64,000 bases of DNA from Eledone cirrhosa (GCA_964016885.1 OZ024743.1:237646001-237710000); one strand, 5' to 3'. Counted from the first letter of the stretch, positions 37,701 through 50,382 are shown. Notes: a model not told the origin generated them from the sequence alone. Program-made: numbers and translations.

Positions 37701-39018
37701 CATTAGACAAAGGTTGCTCCAGCTAGGACCTACACTGTTGTGTTACATTAGACAAAGCTTGCTCCAGCTAGGACTACAGTGTTGTGTTACATTAGACAAA
37801 GGTTGCTCCAGCTAGGACCTACAATGTTGTGTTACATTAGACGAAGGTTGCTCCAGCTAGGACCTACACTGTTGTGTTACATTAGACAAAGGTTACTCCA
37901 GCTAGGACTACAATGTTGTGTTACATTAGACGAAGGTTGCTCCAGCTAGGACCTACACTGTTGTGTTACATTAGACAAAGGTTGCTCCAGCTAGGAACTA
38001 TACTGTTGTGTTACATTAGACAAAGGATGCTCCAGCTAGGACCTACACTGTTGTGTTACGTTAGACAAAGGTTGCTCCAGCTAGGACCTACACTGTTGTG
38101 TTACATTAGACAAAGGTTGCTCCAGCTAGGACCTACAGTGTTGTGTTACATTAGACAAAGGTTGCTCCAGTTAGGACCTACACTGTTGTGTTACAGTAGA
38201 CAAAGGTTGCTCCAGCTAGGACCTACACAGTTGTGTTACATTAGACAAAGGTTGCTCCAGCTAGGACCTACACTGTTGTTGTGTTACATTAGACAAAGGT
38301 TGCTCCAGCTAGGACCTACACTGTTGTGTTACATTAGACAAAGGTTGCTCCAGCTAGGACCTACACTGTTGTGTTACATTAGACAAAGGTTGCTCCAGCT
38401 AGGACCTACACTGTTGTGTTACATTAGACAAAGGTTGCTCCAGCTATGACCTACAGTGTTGTTGTGTTACATTAGACAAAGATTGCTCCAGCTAGGACCT
38501 ACACTGTTGTGTTACATTAGACAAAGGTTGCTCCAGCTATGACCTACAGTGTTGTTGTGTTACATTAGACAAAGGTTGCTCCAGCTAGGACCTACACTGT
38601 TGTGTTACATTAGACAAAGGTTGCTCCAGCTATGACCTACAGTGTTGTTGTGTTACATTAGACAAAGATTGCTCCAGCTAGGACCTACACTGTTGTGTTA
38701 CATTAGACAAAGGTTGCTCCAGCTATGACCTACAGTGTTGTTGTGTTACATTAGACAAAGATTGCTCCAGCTATGATCTACAGTGTTGTTGTGTTACATT
38801 AGACAAAGGTTGCTCCAGCTAGGACCTACACTGTTGTGTTACATTAGACAAAGGTTGCTCCAGCTAGGACCTACACTGTTGTGTTACATTAGACAAAGGT
38901 TGCTCCAGCTAGGACCTACACTGTTGTGTTACAGTAGACAAAGGCTGCTCCAGCTAGGACGTACACTGTTGTGTTACATTAGACAAAGGTTGCTCCAGCT
39001 AGGACGTACACTTGTGTT
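34727..39018. repeat. 45-bp tandem satellite, ~95 units
   Basis: Unit gacaaaggttgctccagctaggacctacactgttgtgttacatta, with 44- and 48-bp variants. Confidence 0.97.
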
Positions 39019-39080
39019 GAATTTCCTGAGTTCTTTGTTCATTTACAATCTGAATCCCTTGTAAAACATCTTAGCTGTTG

Positions 39081-39165
<85 letters not shown>

Positions 39166-39237
39166 AGAGAGAGAGCGAGAGAGAGAGAGGCGGGGTGGGG
39201 GGGGATTGGGAGTTACCAGTTTAGACGGATATATATC

Positions 39238-39268
<31 letters not shown>

Positions 39269-39419
39269 GATATAAAAACGATATACATACCAGCAGGTGC
39301 ATGTATACATGCACCTGCTGGTATGTGTGTATGTGTGTATCTGTGTTAATGTGTATGTGTGTATGTGTCTTTGTGTGTATGGATGTATGCATATGTATGT
39401 GTGTCTTTATATGTATGTG

Positions 39420-39733
39420 TGTTCATGTGTTTGTGTGTATGTAGGTATGTATGTATGTATGCATGTATGTATGTATGTATGTATAAATGTATGTATGTAT
39501 ATATGTATGTATGTATATATGTATGTATATATATGTGTGTTGATGTCTTTGTGTGTTCATGTGTATATATGTATATATGTATGTATGTATATATATGTGT
39601 GTTGATATCTCTGTGTGTTCATGTGTAATAATTGAAACAAAGAAAGTAGGAAAGCCACAAGTCAGACAACAAAGTTTTCGTCCGGACCAAAACTGAGAAT
39701 AAACAGCCACAACTGATTACCACTCTCTCTCTA

Positions 39734-39775
<42 letters not shown>

Positions 39776-39780
39776 TACCA
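39420..39780 (-). repeat. Inverted copy of 32850-33190
   Basis: Reverse-complement match. Confidence 0.85.
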
Positions 39781-40100
39781 CTCTCACTCTACCTTACCTC
39801 TCTCTTTCACTCCCTCTACCACCCTCTCTCTCCTCCTCCTCTCACCCACTCTCTCTCTCTCCTCCTCTCACCCCCTCTCTCTCTCCCTTTACCCCTCTCT
39901 CTCTCCCTCACCTCTCTCCCCCTCTCATCCCCTCTCTCCTCCTCTCACCCTCCTCTCTATCCTCCTCTCACCCTCCTCTCTCTACACCCCTCTTTCTCTC
40001 ATCCTCTCACACCCCTTTCTTTTTCTTTCTATCCTGCTCCTTGTTTCTCTCTCCCTCCACATTGCATACTCCAACATACCTACATAATATATATATATAT

Positions 40101-40301
40101 ATAGGAACATGTTTGACCCCGACGGCAGAACACAAGCCGTTTCGACAGCTATTTCTGGACTATTCCAGAAATAGCCGTCGAAACGGCTTGAGCTCTGCCG
40201 TCGGGGTCAAACATTTTCCTATTACCCACTCTACTACCCTAAGTATTGAGTACTCTGGTGCGTTATGGTCCATCTGGTTCCTTACCACACTTCCTTCGTT
40301 A
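40101..40301 (+). mobile_element. Family P3 element with 5' fold-back (arms 40101-40159/40164-40222), in (TA)n
   Basis: Contains a hammerhead 3' half: c-GAAAC-GGC-ttgagctct-GCC-GTC-ggggtc. Confidence 0.75.
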
Positions 40302-40329
40302 TATATATACATATATGTATATATATACA

Positions 40330-40412
<83 letters not shown>

Positions 40413-40445
40413 GTGTGTATGTGTATGTATGTATGTATGTATGTA

Positions 40446-40480
<35 letters not shown>

Positions 40481-40563
40481 ATGTATGTATGTATGTATGT
40501 GTGTATGTGTGTATGTATGTATGTATGTATGTATGTATGTGTGTATGTATGTATGTATGTATG

Positions 40564-43500
40564 TTCTTCTGGTTTTATAATTTCACAAAGTTTTACCAAT
40601 AGAGAGAGAGTCGGTTTCTAACATAGACACAAGATCTCTCATTGGAATTTACACATCAACTAGGTAGATATGTATGTATGCATGTGTAGATATGGATGTT
40701 ATTGTATGTGTGGATGTGTATGTTTTGAGTTGTATGTGTGCATGTGTATATCCTTTGCATCTGTATATGTGTATATGCAGTTATTAGATGCAACATTTTT
40801 GGAATGTTTTACATATTTTTACTGTTCCATTAATGGATTGTACTTGTAATTTCCTAACTAGTTGTGTTCTTTCTGTTCCTGTGAAGCCTAGCTTCTCAAG
40901 ATTTGTATTGAGGCAGTTACTAACATATCTCAGTGCCCCAATAATCACAGGAATAAATCTGAAGGTGTAATCAGGGTGGAGTATCTGCAGATTTCTCATC
41001 AGTTCTGCATAAATGTTCTCCTTTTCCCTTATCTTTGATACTATATTAGCATCTGCTGGGCAGCTAATTTCCACTACTGTGCATGCTTTCTTCTCCCTGT
41101 CCCATATCATAATATCTGGTCTGTTATGCCTGCATTTTATTGGGGTTTTTACTGGAACATTCCGCCAGTACTCTTTCATATTATGTACATGGATGCCTTC
41201 CACATTGCTGTAGCTTTTAATGTGTTTATTATCGGGGCTATCTTTTTTACGAACTGCATTGTACAGTGTTTTGGCCACTACATCATGCCTCATAGGTAGA
41301 TAGTACCGCGATGAAATCTTTGGACAGCTGCAGATGACATGGGTGATATCCTCAATATTAATTCTGCAGAGCCTGCACTTGTTATCACATCTAGGTGTTT
41401 TGCCTGCATCCCTATCTCTTTTGTGAATCAGGTATTTCGTGCTAATCTCCTGTTCCTGGATTGCAAAAGCGTATCCTTCAAAGTGGGAGCCAATATAGCG
41501 GTTGTTGGTCCAATATAGACTACTTTCCTTATCTATATTACTCTCACTCTGGAGTTTCCTGGCAACATATCCATGCATGATTTTTTGCTGATAGGCATGC
41601 AGTTTTTCATCCATGGATTCACTGCGATACTGCTAAGTAACTTCCCTGGGTGTGAGTTTTTGATTATCACACGGGGAATATCTCTCGAGGAGTTCCTTCC
41701 CAACTCTCATGATCTTATCTGTTTCATGCAGATAGACTTGCTCGAGAAACGGGCTCCTACGCTTCGAGGTTCGTAGATGTTGTCGGAGGGATATGATGCG
41801 ACATTCAAATGTTGTCTGGACTGATGTTAGGCCTCTGCCTCCTTGCTTACGTTTCAAGTAAAGGCGGTCTATGTCACTGTTGATGTGGAAGTTTTTTGAG
41901 TTCCAACATCAACTGATCGGATTTCGTCTATCGTCCAATTGAGTATTCCAAACGTTGGTGTTAGGACAGGCACAGCAAACACATTGTGAGCCACTGTTTT
42001 TTTTTACGCAGAGTGTTCCGATGACCAGATCTTTCTTAATCGGGTGTAGTACTCCTTGGTTACGTGTTCTTTATTACAGATACCATTATAGGATTTGTTC
42101 TCATCTATCCCCAGGTATCAGTAGCTGTCCTCATCAGATATCGGTGAAACAGTTAGGCCATTGATGACAATGTTGCTAGATTGGGTTGTTGTTTTTCCCC
42201 GCTTTACAGTCATGTAGGAGCATTTATATTGGCCAAACTCCATTCCTATATCCTTTGAGAACGTTGTAACCAGGTCAAGATTTTTCTTCATCCCATCCAT
42301 GTTCTTGGCATAGAGTTTCAGATCGTCCACAAAGAAATTATGGGTTAGGTTCGTATTTCTATCCTCCTGTGAGCCAATGATGTATCCCTCACATTTCTTG
42401 AGCAGAAAGGACAAGGGGTTTAATGACAAGATGAATAATATCACAGAGAGACTGTCCCCCTGAAATATACCCCTGCAATATTTTATTTTATCAGTGAAAA
42501 TAGAGTCCTCCCTCTCTGTCTTTAACCTTAGGATAGTAGCCCAAGAAGAAGACAGCCTCTCTATGGCTCTGACAATAATGTCTGGGACTTTAGCAAGTTG
42601 GACGGCCTCTATCATCCAAGAGTGGGGAACAGAATCAAAAGCTTTCCTGTAGTCCAGCCAGACTGTAGTTATATTCCTCCTAAGTTGTCGCACCTCCGAC
42701 ATCGCAGTTTTGTTGATTAGGAGTTGTTCAGCACATCCCCAAACCCCTTTCTTTCCAGCTGCTTGTTCATATGTGATGATCTTATTATTTTCACAGTGAT
42801 CTTGGAGGAATAGGTTCAGGCAGGCTGTATACATCTTATGCATCAGGTTCTGGCATGCAATGGGTCGGTAGTTTTTTGCCAAGTGGGTGTCTTTGTTCTT
42901 GGGGACCAGTAATGTTTGTGCTAATGTCAACCATTCCGGTATAAGTGTATCTCCCTTAAGAACTTGGTCAGTAAGATACCTCCGAGGTCAGTAAGATACC
43001 TCCGATAGAATATCAGTTTTTTGTACCAGTAGCCGACAATCATGTCTCTTCCTGGTGTTTTCTTATCTTGGAGTTTTCCTATCAGTCTCAAGGGTACCCT
43101 CACTTATTTCGTATGTTTTTGTTGTAGTGTAGGAGCAATAGTTCTTTCGGATTTCTCTTAGCCACACTGCATCTTGGTTGAAATTCTTCTTTTCACTCCA
43201 TATTTTGCTCCAAAAGGAATCTATGTCTTTCTGGGATGGGGCCTCAGTGACACTTATTATTTTGCCCTTCATATCTCTATAGACTGATGTTTGGTTTCGT
43301 CTGAATCTTTTATTAAGCACTTTTCTCTCATCTACCTTCTTCGGGTATCGGCGTTTTTCGTTAACAGCTCTCAATACTTGTTTGAGGGTGATCAGCTTAT
43401 ATTGGAGAGTTCTGGTTCTACTGTTACCAAATATCGTCTCTATTTCATTTTTCACTCTTTGTTGGTGAGGAGTGAGGTGTTTTTGTGTTTGTTTGCATGT

Positions 43501-44128
43501 AAGGAGCATTGACACATATCCTATGTTTTTTTCGTAGGTCAGCAATCTTTTTTTCTATTTTAGTTATATATGATGGTATTTTTGGTGGTGTTTTGTTCTT
43601 GTTAATATCTCTGCTATCACCAAGATAATGCTTCACTGTCGTGTTGGCGTAATTGTTTCGCTGTGAAATAATTTAGCTCTGGGTGCATTTCGTCCCAGTG
43701 TAGCTTCATTCTATTCATATAGCCAATAGAGGGATTGTTTTTTGCCATTTTATAACAATTAAATAAATCATTATTAAGTTCGTAACTCCAAGAGAAATGC
43801 GATTTATAATTTCGGTTTCTTCTGTAGCTACAACTGAATAAAGTTTGATTACCTTCTTTGTTATTCGTCTTCGGTACTTCCTTAATTTTTATGTTGATGT
43901 TGTGTTCAGCCATGCTGTTTGTAGCAAATCCTTGTAAAATGAATTATGTATTTAGTCGGATATCTTTACGAATTCGAATAAAAGGTGTCTTCAGAAGGGA
44001 TAGTTAGAAGAATAACCAGTTATTCAACCTGGCTGTAGTTGTGGCATTACTGTCGGAGATAGTTTCATCTTAAATTTAATAAATAGTCTTCCACGCCAAA
44101 ATATGCGACTGATCGCGTTGACTGTCTT
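40564..44128 (-). mobile_element. Near full-length R4/Dong-like RLE LINE, degenerate, flanked by (CATA)n
   Basis: Broken ORF 43913 to 40784: NYRPIAC, WLDYRKAFDSVPHSW, GIFQGDSLS, FFVDDLKLY, KRKQGGRGL, CRLC...HVICSC, RHD, NRPDIM, VEISCP. Confidence 0.9.
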
Positions 44129-44319
44129 TATGTATGTATGTATGTATGTATGTATGTATGTATGTATGTATGTATGTATGTATGTATGTATGTATGTATG
44201 TATGTACGTATCTATGTGTATGTATATATGTATGTGTGTATATATGTATGTATGTGTGTATGTATGTGTGTATGTATGTATGTATGTATGTATGTATGTA
44301 TGTATGTATGTATGTGTGT

Positions 44320-44456
44320 ACGTGAGACTTGAAAACTCTGGTACAAACACTACACTTATGACAATTATTTACACATAGTGCGGGGCCCATGGTACCATGT
44401 GACGACAAGGATATAAAGTAGTGGCCGTACTTGAAAACGAGTTGGCAGCCACCATA
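44320..44456 (+). mobile_element. RTE 3' end with 5' inversion and (TATG)n tail
   Basis: 44325-44403 is the reverse complement of 45166-45244; 44409-44456 is a direct match to 45302-45348. Confidence 0.7.
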
Positions 44457-44542
44457 TGTATATGTATGTATGTGTATATGTATGTATATATATATGTATG
44501 TGTATATGTATGTATATATGTATGTATGTGTATATGTATATA

Positions 44543-44578
<36 letters not shown>

Positions 44579-44753
44579 TGTATGTATGTATGTGTGTATG
44601 TGTGTATGTATGTATATATGTATGTATGTGTGTATGTATATATATATGTATGTGTATGTGTATGTATGTATATATGTATATGTGTATGTGTATATATATG
44701 TATGTAGATGTGTATGTATATGTGTATGTATGTGTGTATGTATATATATGTGT

Positions 44754-45350
44754 GGGACAGGTTGTACTGGAATACATGTTACCAGTAGCACCATGCTCGG
44801 GTCGTTGGCGACTAAACTGGCAACCCCACCAAGGTTTCTTGGTGAGGAGGGTGACTTTGGACATCCTGCAGGACTAAAAACAAAACCTGTCAAAGGGCAA
44901 AGGAGCTCTTAAGAGTCAATGGCCATCCAAAATCACCGGGAGAGATGACCCCTTAGCCTTGGTCAAGGCAGAATTCTAGGAGAAGGAAAACTCTGATATA
45001 ACACCTACAACTCTGATGGTATCCAATGATGTTGACTTGTTCTTCTTTTTGGTAAACATCATATTGGTTAAGAGAGTGGAACTGGCTTTGTGCAGTGCCT
45101 TTGCTCACTATAAAAGCTTCACGGCACAGGCATTGCTTTATATCTGGAGATCTCTCTGCACTTGTGGTCACATGGTACCATGGGCCCAGCACTATGTGTC
45201 AATAATTGTCACAAGTGTAGTGTTTGTACTAGAGTTTTCAAGTCGCTGGCTGGACTAAAAAGTCACACTCGTTCAGCGCATCGGTAGGGGTTCTCCTACA
45301 TGGATATAAAGTAGTGGCCGTACTCGAAAACGAGTCGGTAGTCACCATGT
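44754..45350 (+). mobile_element. Internally deleted RTE element: 5' UTR joined to C-terminal C2H2 finger and (TATG)n tail
   Basis: ctaggagaaggaaaactctga (RTE-like 5' UTR motif, from recall); ...CSVCTRVFKSLAGLKSHTRSAHR* at ~45213-45287. Confidence 0.6.
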
Positions 45351-45807
45351 ATGTATGTACGTATGTATGTTAATTACTGTTAATTGCTATTGTGTGTATG
45401 TATAGATATGTTTATGTGTGTGCGTGTGTGTGTATATATGTATGTATATCATTATTGTTGTTGTTGTCGTTATTATTATTGTTGTTATTATTATTATTAT
45501 TGTTATTATTATGTTTATTTTTCTCGTGCAATGGCCATACTCGATAACGAGGAGGCAGCCACATGTATGTATGTATGTATGTATGTATGTATGTATGTAT
45601 GTATGTATGTATGTATGTATCTATGTATGTATCTATGTGTATGTGTGTGTGTGTTCTTTCTCTTAACTTTGAGTCCATTTTTGAGCGGCCACCTTCCCTG
45701 TGGCAAGATTGTGAAGAAAGGAAATTGTGTTAGCGTTCATCTTTTGAATCGTAAGAAAGTTTTCCAGATTTCGAAGATTCTAGATATCGTGACCATTTGT
45801 AACTCCA

Positions 45808-45991
45808 ATAATTGTTTCTACTTTTGGCACAAGGCCAGCAATTACCCAGTGCATTACTGGTACTTTATTTTATCGACCCCGTAAGGATGAAAGGCAAAGT
45901 TAACCTCGGCGGGGTTTTAACTCAGACCGTAAAAGGCAGTAACTCTATGCGTTAAAGCATGGCATCCGACCCTCTACAGATACTGCCAATC
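45808..45991 (-). mobile_element. SINE family A
   Basis: Full reverse-complement unit. Confidence 0.85.
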
Positions 45992-45999
45992 ATGGTGAG

Positions 46000-46360
46000 T
46001 ATGAAGCTGAGAGTGTATCTTATATACAGGATCTGAAAGCTCTTCATCAATGGTCCGTAGATATCCTCCTTAGTTTCCTTATCTGACATCATGTGGGCAG
46101 CTGACTTCTTCAAAAAAGGATATTTCTAATGTGTGCTTTCAAACAACAATATCAGGCCTGTTCTGCTTTAATATGGTAGCAGCATTTAACAGCTGAAGCA
46201 GAAACTGCCGAGCTGTCCCCTCTCTGTCTCAATGTCTTCATTTTGCTGGAGGAGTTCTCTGAATTTGGATGCAATAGTATCTACATACCTGGTCCTGACT
46301 TTCTTATCAGCCAGCGCTTCCCACTTTATCCTATAGGTCGCCCTGGACTGCAGACTACCT
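46000..46360 (-). mobile_element. Mixed LINE debris: RLE motif fragment plus RTE-like linker
   Basis: KQNRPDIVV near 46140-46170; RIKWEALADKKVRTRYVDTIASKF at 46260-46335. Confidence 0.45.
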
Positions 46361-46384
46361 ACTATAGTGTGTGTGTGTGTGTGA

Positions 46385-46612
46385 CAGCTCACACCTATGC
46401 AGCTCTAGCTGGCCTCCTCCAAGGTATATCTCGTTGGAGGTGTCTTGGGTGATTTAATGATAGGGACCCCAGGCCTATCATCTCATTTATACAGCTGAGT
46501 AAACTGGAGCAATGTGGAATAAAGTGTCTTGCTCAAGGAAACAACACATCACCCGGTCCGAGAATTGAACTCGCAAGCCCAATGCTCTAACTACTAAGCT
46601 ATGCGCCTTCAC
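46385..46612 (-). mobile_element. SINE family B
   Basis: Matches 30524-30762. Confidence 0.85.
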
Positions 46613-46879
46613 ACCTACTATAAGTAGTTTCAGGTTTCAAATAAATAGATGGTGATAAGCTCAGAACATCCTGCATACAAGCGAAGAGATCAGAGACAAT
46701 AACAAAATTATTGATCTCTGTCCCCGATTCCTCTTATACCATTTATATTTATGGATATAACTGTGCTGGAAGAAAGTGTTCATAATAGAGAGTCCATTGC
46801 AAGGACAGAAGTCTAATAAGGTCTCTCCATTTGTATTTAGATCTGGATCACTGTTCCTTCCAATCTGTCCATGTCAGAT

Positions 46880-47060
46880 GGTCAGTGCCAACATGTGTAA
46901 TGATGTCACCCATCTAACACTGCAGGGATTTCATTAAGGAAGGGCCTGTTTGGCCCATAAGCTTGCACCAACCACAGAGACATTCCTTTCAGCCTAGGCT
47001 TCCAGAGGTAAACCCTCACTCCTAATGGCATCCAGTCCATAACACAGCCGGTGGGTTGTG
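46880..47060 (-). mobile_element. AP-endonuclease-like LINE fragment
   Basis: MDWMPLGVRV...LWLVQAYGPN...FLNEI resembles the RTE APE 'VQAYAP' motif. Confidence 0.45.
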
Positions 47061-47148
47061 AATATCTCCACTCCCACCTGTGCAATCTTTTCTGGCGCCT
47101 ATATATATAGAGAGAGATAATACATACAGGCACACACATTTGTGTGTG

Positions 47149-47185
<37 letters not shown>

Positions 47186-47265
47186 ATGTGTAAAAATATA
47201 TTCAGGACGCAGTCCCGCACTCCTCCCTTTATTATATTATAATTTGCTTTATTATATTATGATTT

Positions 47266-47455
47266 GCGGTGGATTGGCAGTATCGGTAGAGGGTCGGACG
47301 CCATGCTTTGATGCATAGAGTTACGGCCCTTGCCATTCTGAGTTCAAATACCGCCGAGGTTAAATTTGCCTTTCATCCTTACGGGGTCGATAAAATAAAG
47401 TTCCAGTAATACACTGGGTAATTGCTGACCTTGTGCCAAAAGTAGAAACAATTAT
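47266..47455 (+). mobile_element. SINE family A with TSD
   Basis: attatattatgatttgc on both sides. Confidence 0.9.
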
Positions 47456-47512
47456 ATTATGATTTGCTCTACGGGTTTATATTATATACTTATATATATA
47501 CGTATATCTATA

Positions 47513-48484
47513 TCTACTTATATATATAACCAGCAATTTCTCTGTCTGTCTGTCCGACAGTGGAAATACGTGCGTAGAGAGAGAGTGAGAGTGAAAGAAA
47601 AAGACAGACTACGAGAGGGGGATAGCGGGAGGGAGAGATGGAGAGAGAGAGAGTGAATAGACGCTAAAACACGTGCTACAGAAATATTACCTTCCCCTCT
47701 CCACTGACTTTGGTCACTGAGGCCGAGGGAATCGCTGGTTGCTATAGAGACACCTTGCACAAGCCAGAAGTAACCAGTTCGAGGTGGTTCTGACTTGACA
47801 CCATGCGAAGAAGGTTGCCATTGAATTTGTGGTTTGAAGAAGGTTGCCATTGAATTTGTGGTTGTTGCTGCAAGGTTGCCATTGAATTTGTGGTTGTTGC
47901 TGCTGATAATAACGACCATTTGACGAAGGTTGCTGCTGATGAGGTAATTTATTAATCAGATTGCGCAGTTCCATAACCTACGTTTGATTTGTTCAATTTT
48001 TTTCTTCAATTCTTTTTGTTGTTTTTTTTTATTTCTTATTGAAAAAATATAAATAATAAAATAAGGTTAGAAATTTAAATACAATTAAATACGATTTAAT
48101 TTCCATTTCCAGCAGCCAATGTCCAGTGTTCAATTTCATGAAAAAATTGGAAATAATTAAAAAAATTGAAGTTTAACTTTTGAACATTTGTTTTGACAAT
48201 AAAAAAATATTTCCTTATTCACACCTAATGGTATGATTAAAATTTCATAGGAATATTTTTTTCTAACCGCCAGTTATTTATTTTCTCCTTTTTCGTTTTA
48301 ACATATATTTATTTCAAAGATTTCACCGTATAGATAACATATATATTTATACATGCATAAAAGACACACCGAAAGACGGTACAACATGTGGTGCCGAAAA
48401 CATTTCTCATCCAAATCTCAACAATATCAGTATATACACTAGATTTGCTAGCAGAAAACCGCCCACCGGGTGGATTTCTGCTAG
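47513..48484 (+). mobile_element. Non-autonomous Helitron 1
   Basis: A|TC start, (tgtc)n near the 5' end, 3' ccgccc-acc-gggtgg hairpin then CTAG; internal ~28-34-bp repeats at 47808-47935. Confidence 0.65.
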
Positions 48485-49395
48485 TCTATATATATAAAAC
48501 TGAGGATGTCTGTGTGTGTGTGAGTTTGAATCCCTAAAACTAGAGAAGCACCCAACCGATTCTTTTCAAACTTTACACATGTAATACTTATGTTGCAGGG
48601 AATGTTCTGAGCAAAAAACAATTTCAAATTTTCAATGCCGTAGGGACCGCATTAGGCAATTTAACGATCTCTCTCTATAATTCTTAGTCTTTCTCTTTTT
48701 AGATAGATACATATATATAACGTCGCGCCCTTATAATATCTGTCTGTATGTCTGACTGTCTGCATTACGTCACTTCTCTGAGGATGTGTGTGTGTGTGTG
48801 AGTTTGAATCCCTAAAACTCGAGAAGTACCCAACCGATTCTTTTCAAACTTTACATGTGTATTACTTATGTTTCAGGGAATGTTATGCACATTAAATTTT
48901 TTTTTTTATCTCCTAGGGCCCGCATTAGGTGAAAAACTGCGTTTTTTTCCGGTTTTTATGGGTTATATGAGGCGTTACGTCAGACCAATTTCCTTGAAAT
49001 TGTAACTATGCATTAGTCAGTCTCTTCTTCATACCGTGAGCAAAGAAAATCCAACTTTTTTATGGCCTAGGGCCCGCATTAGGTGAAAAACTTCATTTTT
49101 TCAGCTTTTTAGAGCTCTTTTAAGGCATTACGTCTAGCCGCTTTTCTCAAAATTTAAAGGCATATTATCCACATAAAAAAAAATTATTTTCTTGATCCCC
49201 TAGGGCCCGCATTAGCTGAAAACCTACATTTTTCCTGCTTCATCGAGGAAAATCTTAAAGATTATCCACCCATCAGAGTATTCGGTTTATTTCCTTTACA
49301 TATTGTCCAGGCATGCAGTTTTTCCACGATTAGGTCTGTTGGCGGCCCGCGTTCCAAAATACGTTATCCCGAGCAACCCCGGGTACCACTGCTAG
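48485..49395 (+). mobile_element. Non-autonomous Helitron 2
   Basis: TCTATATATATAAAA start, caaccgattcttttcaaacttt motif, cctagggcccgcattag subrepeats, 3' cccg...cggg hairpin then CTAG. Confidence 0.75.
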
Positions 49396-49459
49396 TATAA
49401 TATAAAAGAAAGGTGTTTATTGCTTGGTTGGCTGGTTGGTTGGTTGAATCACACGAAAA

Positions 49460-49550
<91 letters not shown>

Positions 49551-49661
49551 ACACACACACACATCTAAAGAGAGGGAGACACAGGGGGAGAGGCAGAAAG
49601 AGAGAGAGATAGGCCATTATACAGAGAGAGATACAATTAAAGTGTTAGATATTCAGAGGGG

Positions 49662-49754
<93 letters not shown>

Positions 49755-50335
49755 GTCCCACGAAAGACGACTAGGAACGGCTTAAACTATAGATCCTTTG
49801 ATCTATAGGAAGGTTTAACAATATTGCATTAGCTTTTATAAAGTAGTTTTACAGTCTTTGATTTTACAGAACAAAGAAAAACTGATACTATTTTGAAATT
49901 GAGTTACCCTCCAGCTTTTATCCATACACTACTTACAGTCCGTACTGACGAAGCAACACTTCAGAAGCAATGTTATGCGGTATATTGCTGCATTTCAGAT
50001 GACGTCCTTTGGAGCTAATAAAGATCATACTGACTATGGTTATTTCACAAGATTTAAAATCCAAGGCCAATGCTACCATTTAATCGGCAGTTTACTCCCC
50101 CAGCCTAATAAGGAAGTTTTATGATTGTTTTTTTTTTTATTTCTCTCTCTCTCTAGCTCCCTCTCTCGCTTTCTTTCTCTCTCTCTCTCTCGCTTTCTTT
50201 CTCTCTCTCTCACGCACTCTCTCTCTCTCTCTCTCCCACACACACACACACATTATGGTCTCACCTCATATCAGACAACACATCCAATACAGTCGTTTTC
50301 TCTGTTCTCCAGGGCGAAGCCGGGTACCCCAGCTA

Positions 50336-50336
<1 letters not shown>
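49396..50336 (+). mobile_element. Non-autonomous Helitron 3
   Basis: tataatataaaa...(ggtt)n gaatcacacgaaaacc start; 3' ccagggcgaagccggg then CTAG-T. Confidence 0.65.
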
Positions 50337-50381
<45 letters not shown>

Positions 50382-50382
50382 A

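Noticed and set aside
34727-39018. CRISPR-like appearance of the satellites (also 29325-29907 and 54133-56807)
   Set aside because: No unique spacers, no cas genes, eukaryotic context.
35088-39064. Repetitive 'LLCYIRQRLLQLGPT' ORFs
   Set aside because: Translation of a 45-bp satellite; frequent 44-bp units and stops break the frame.
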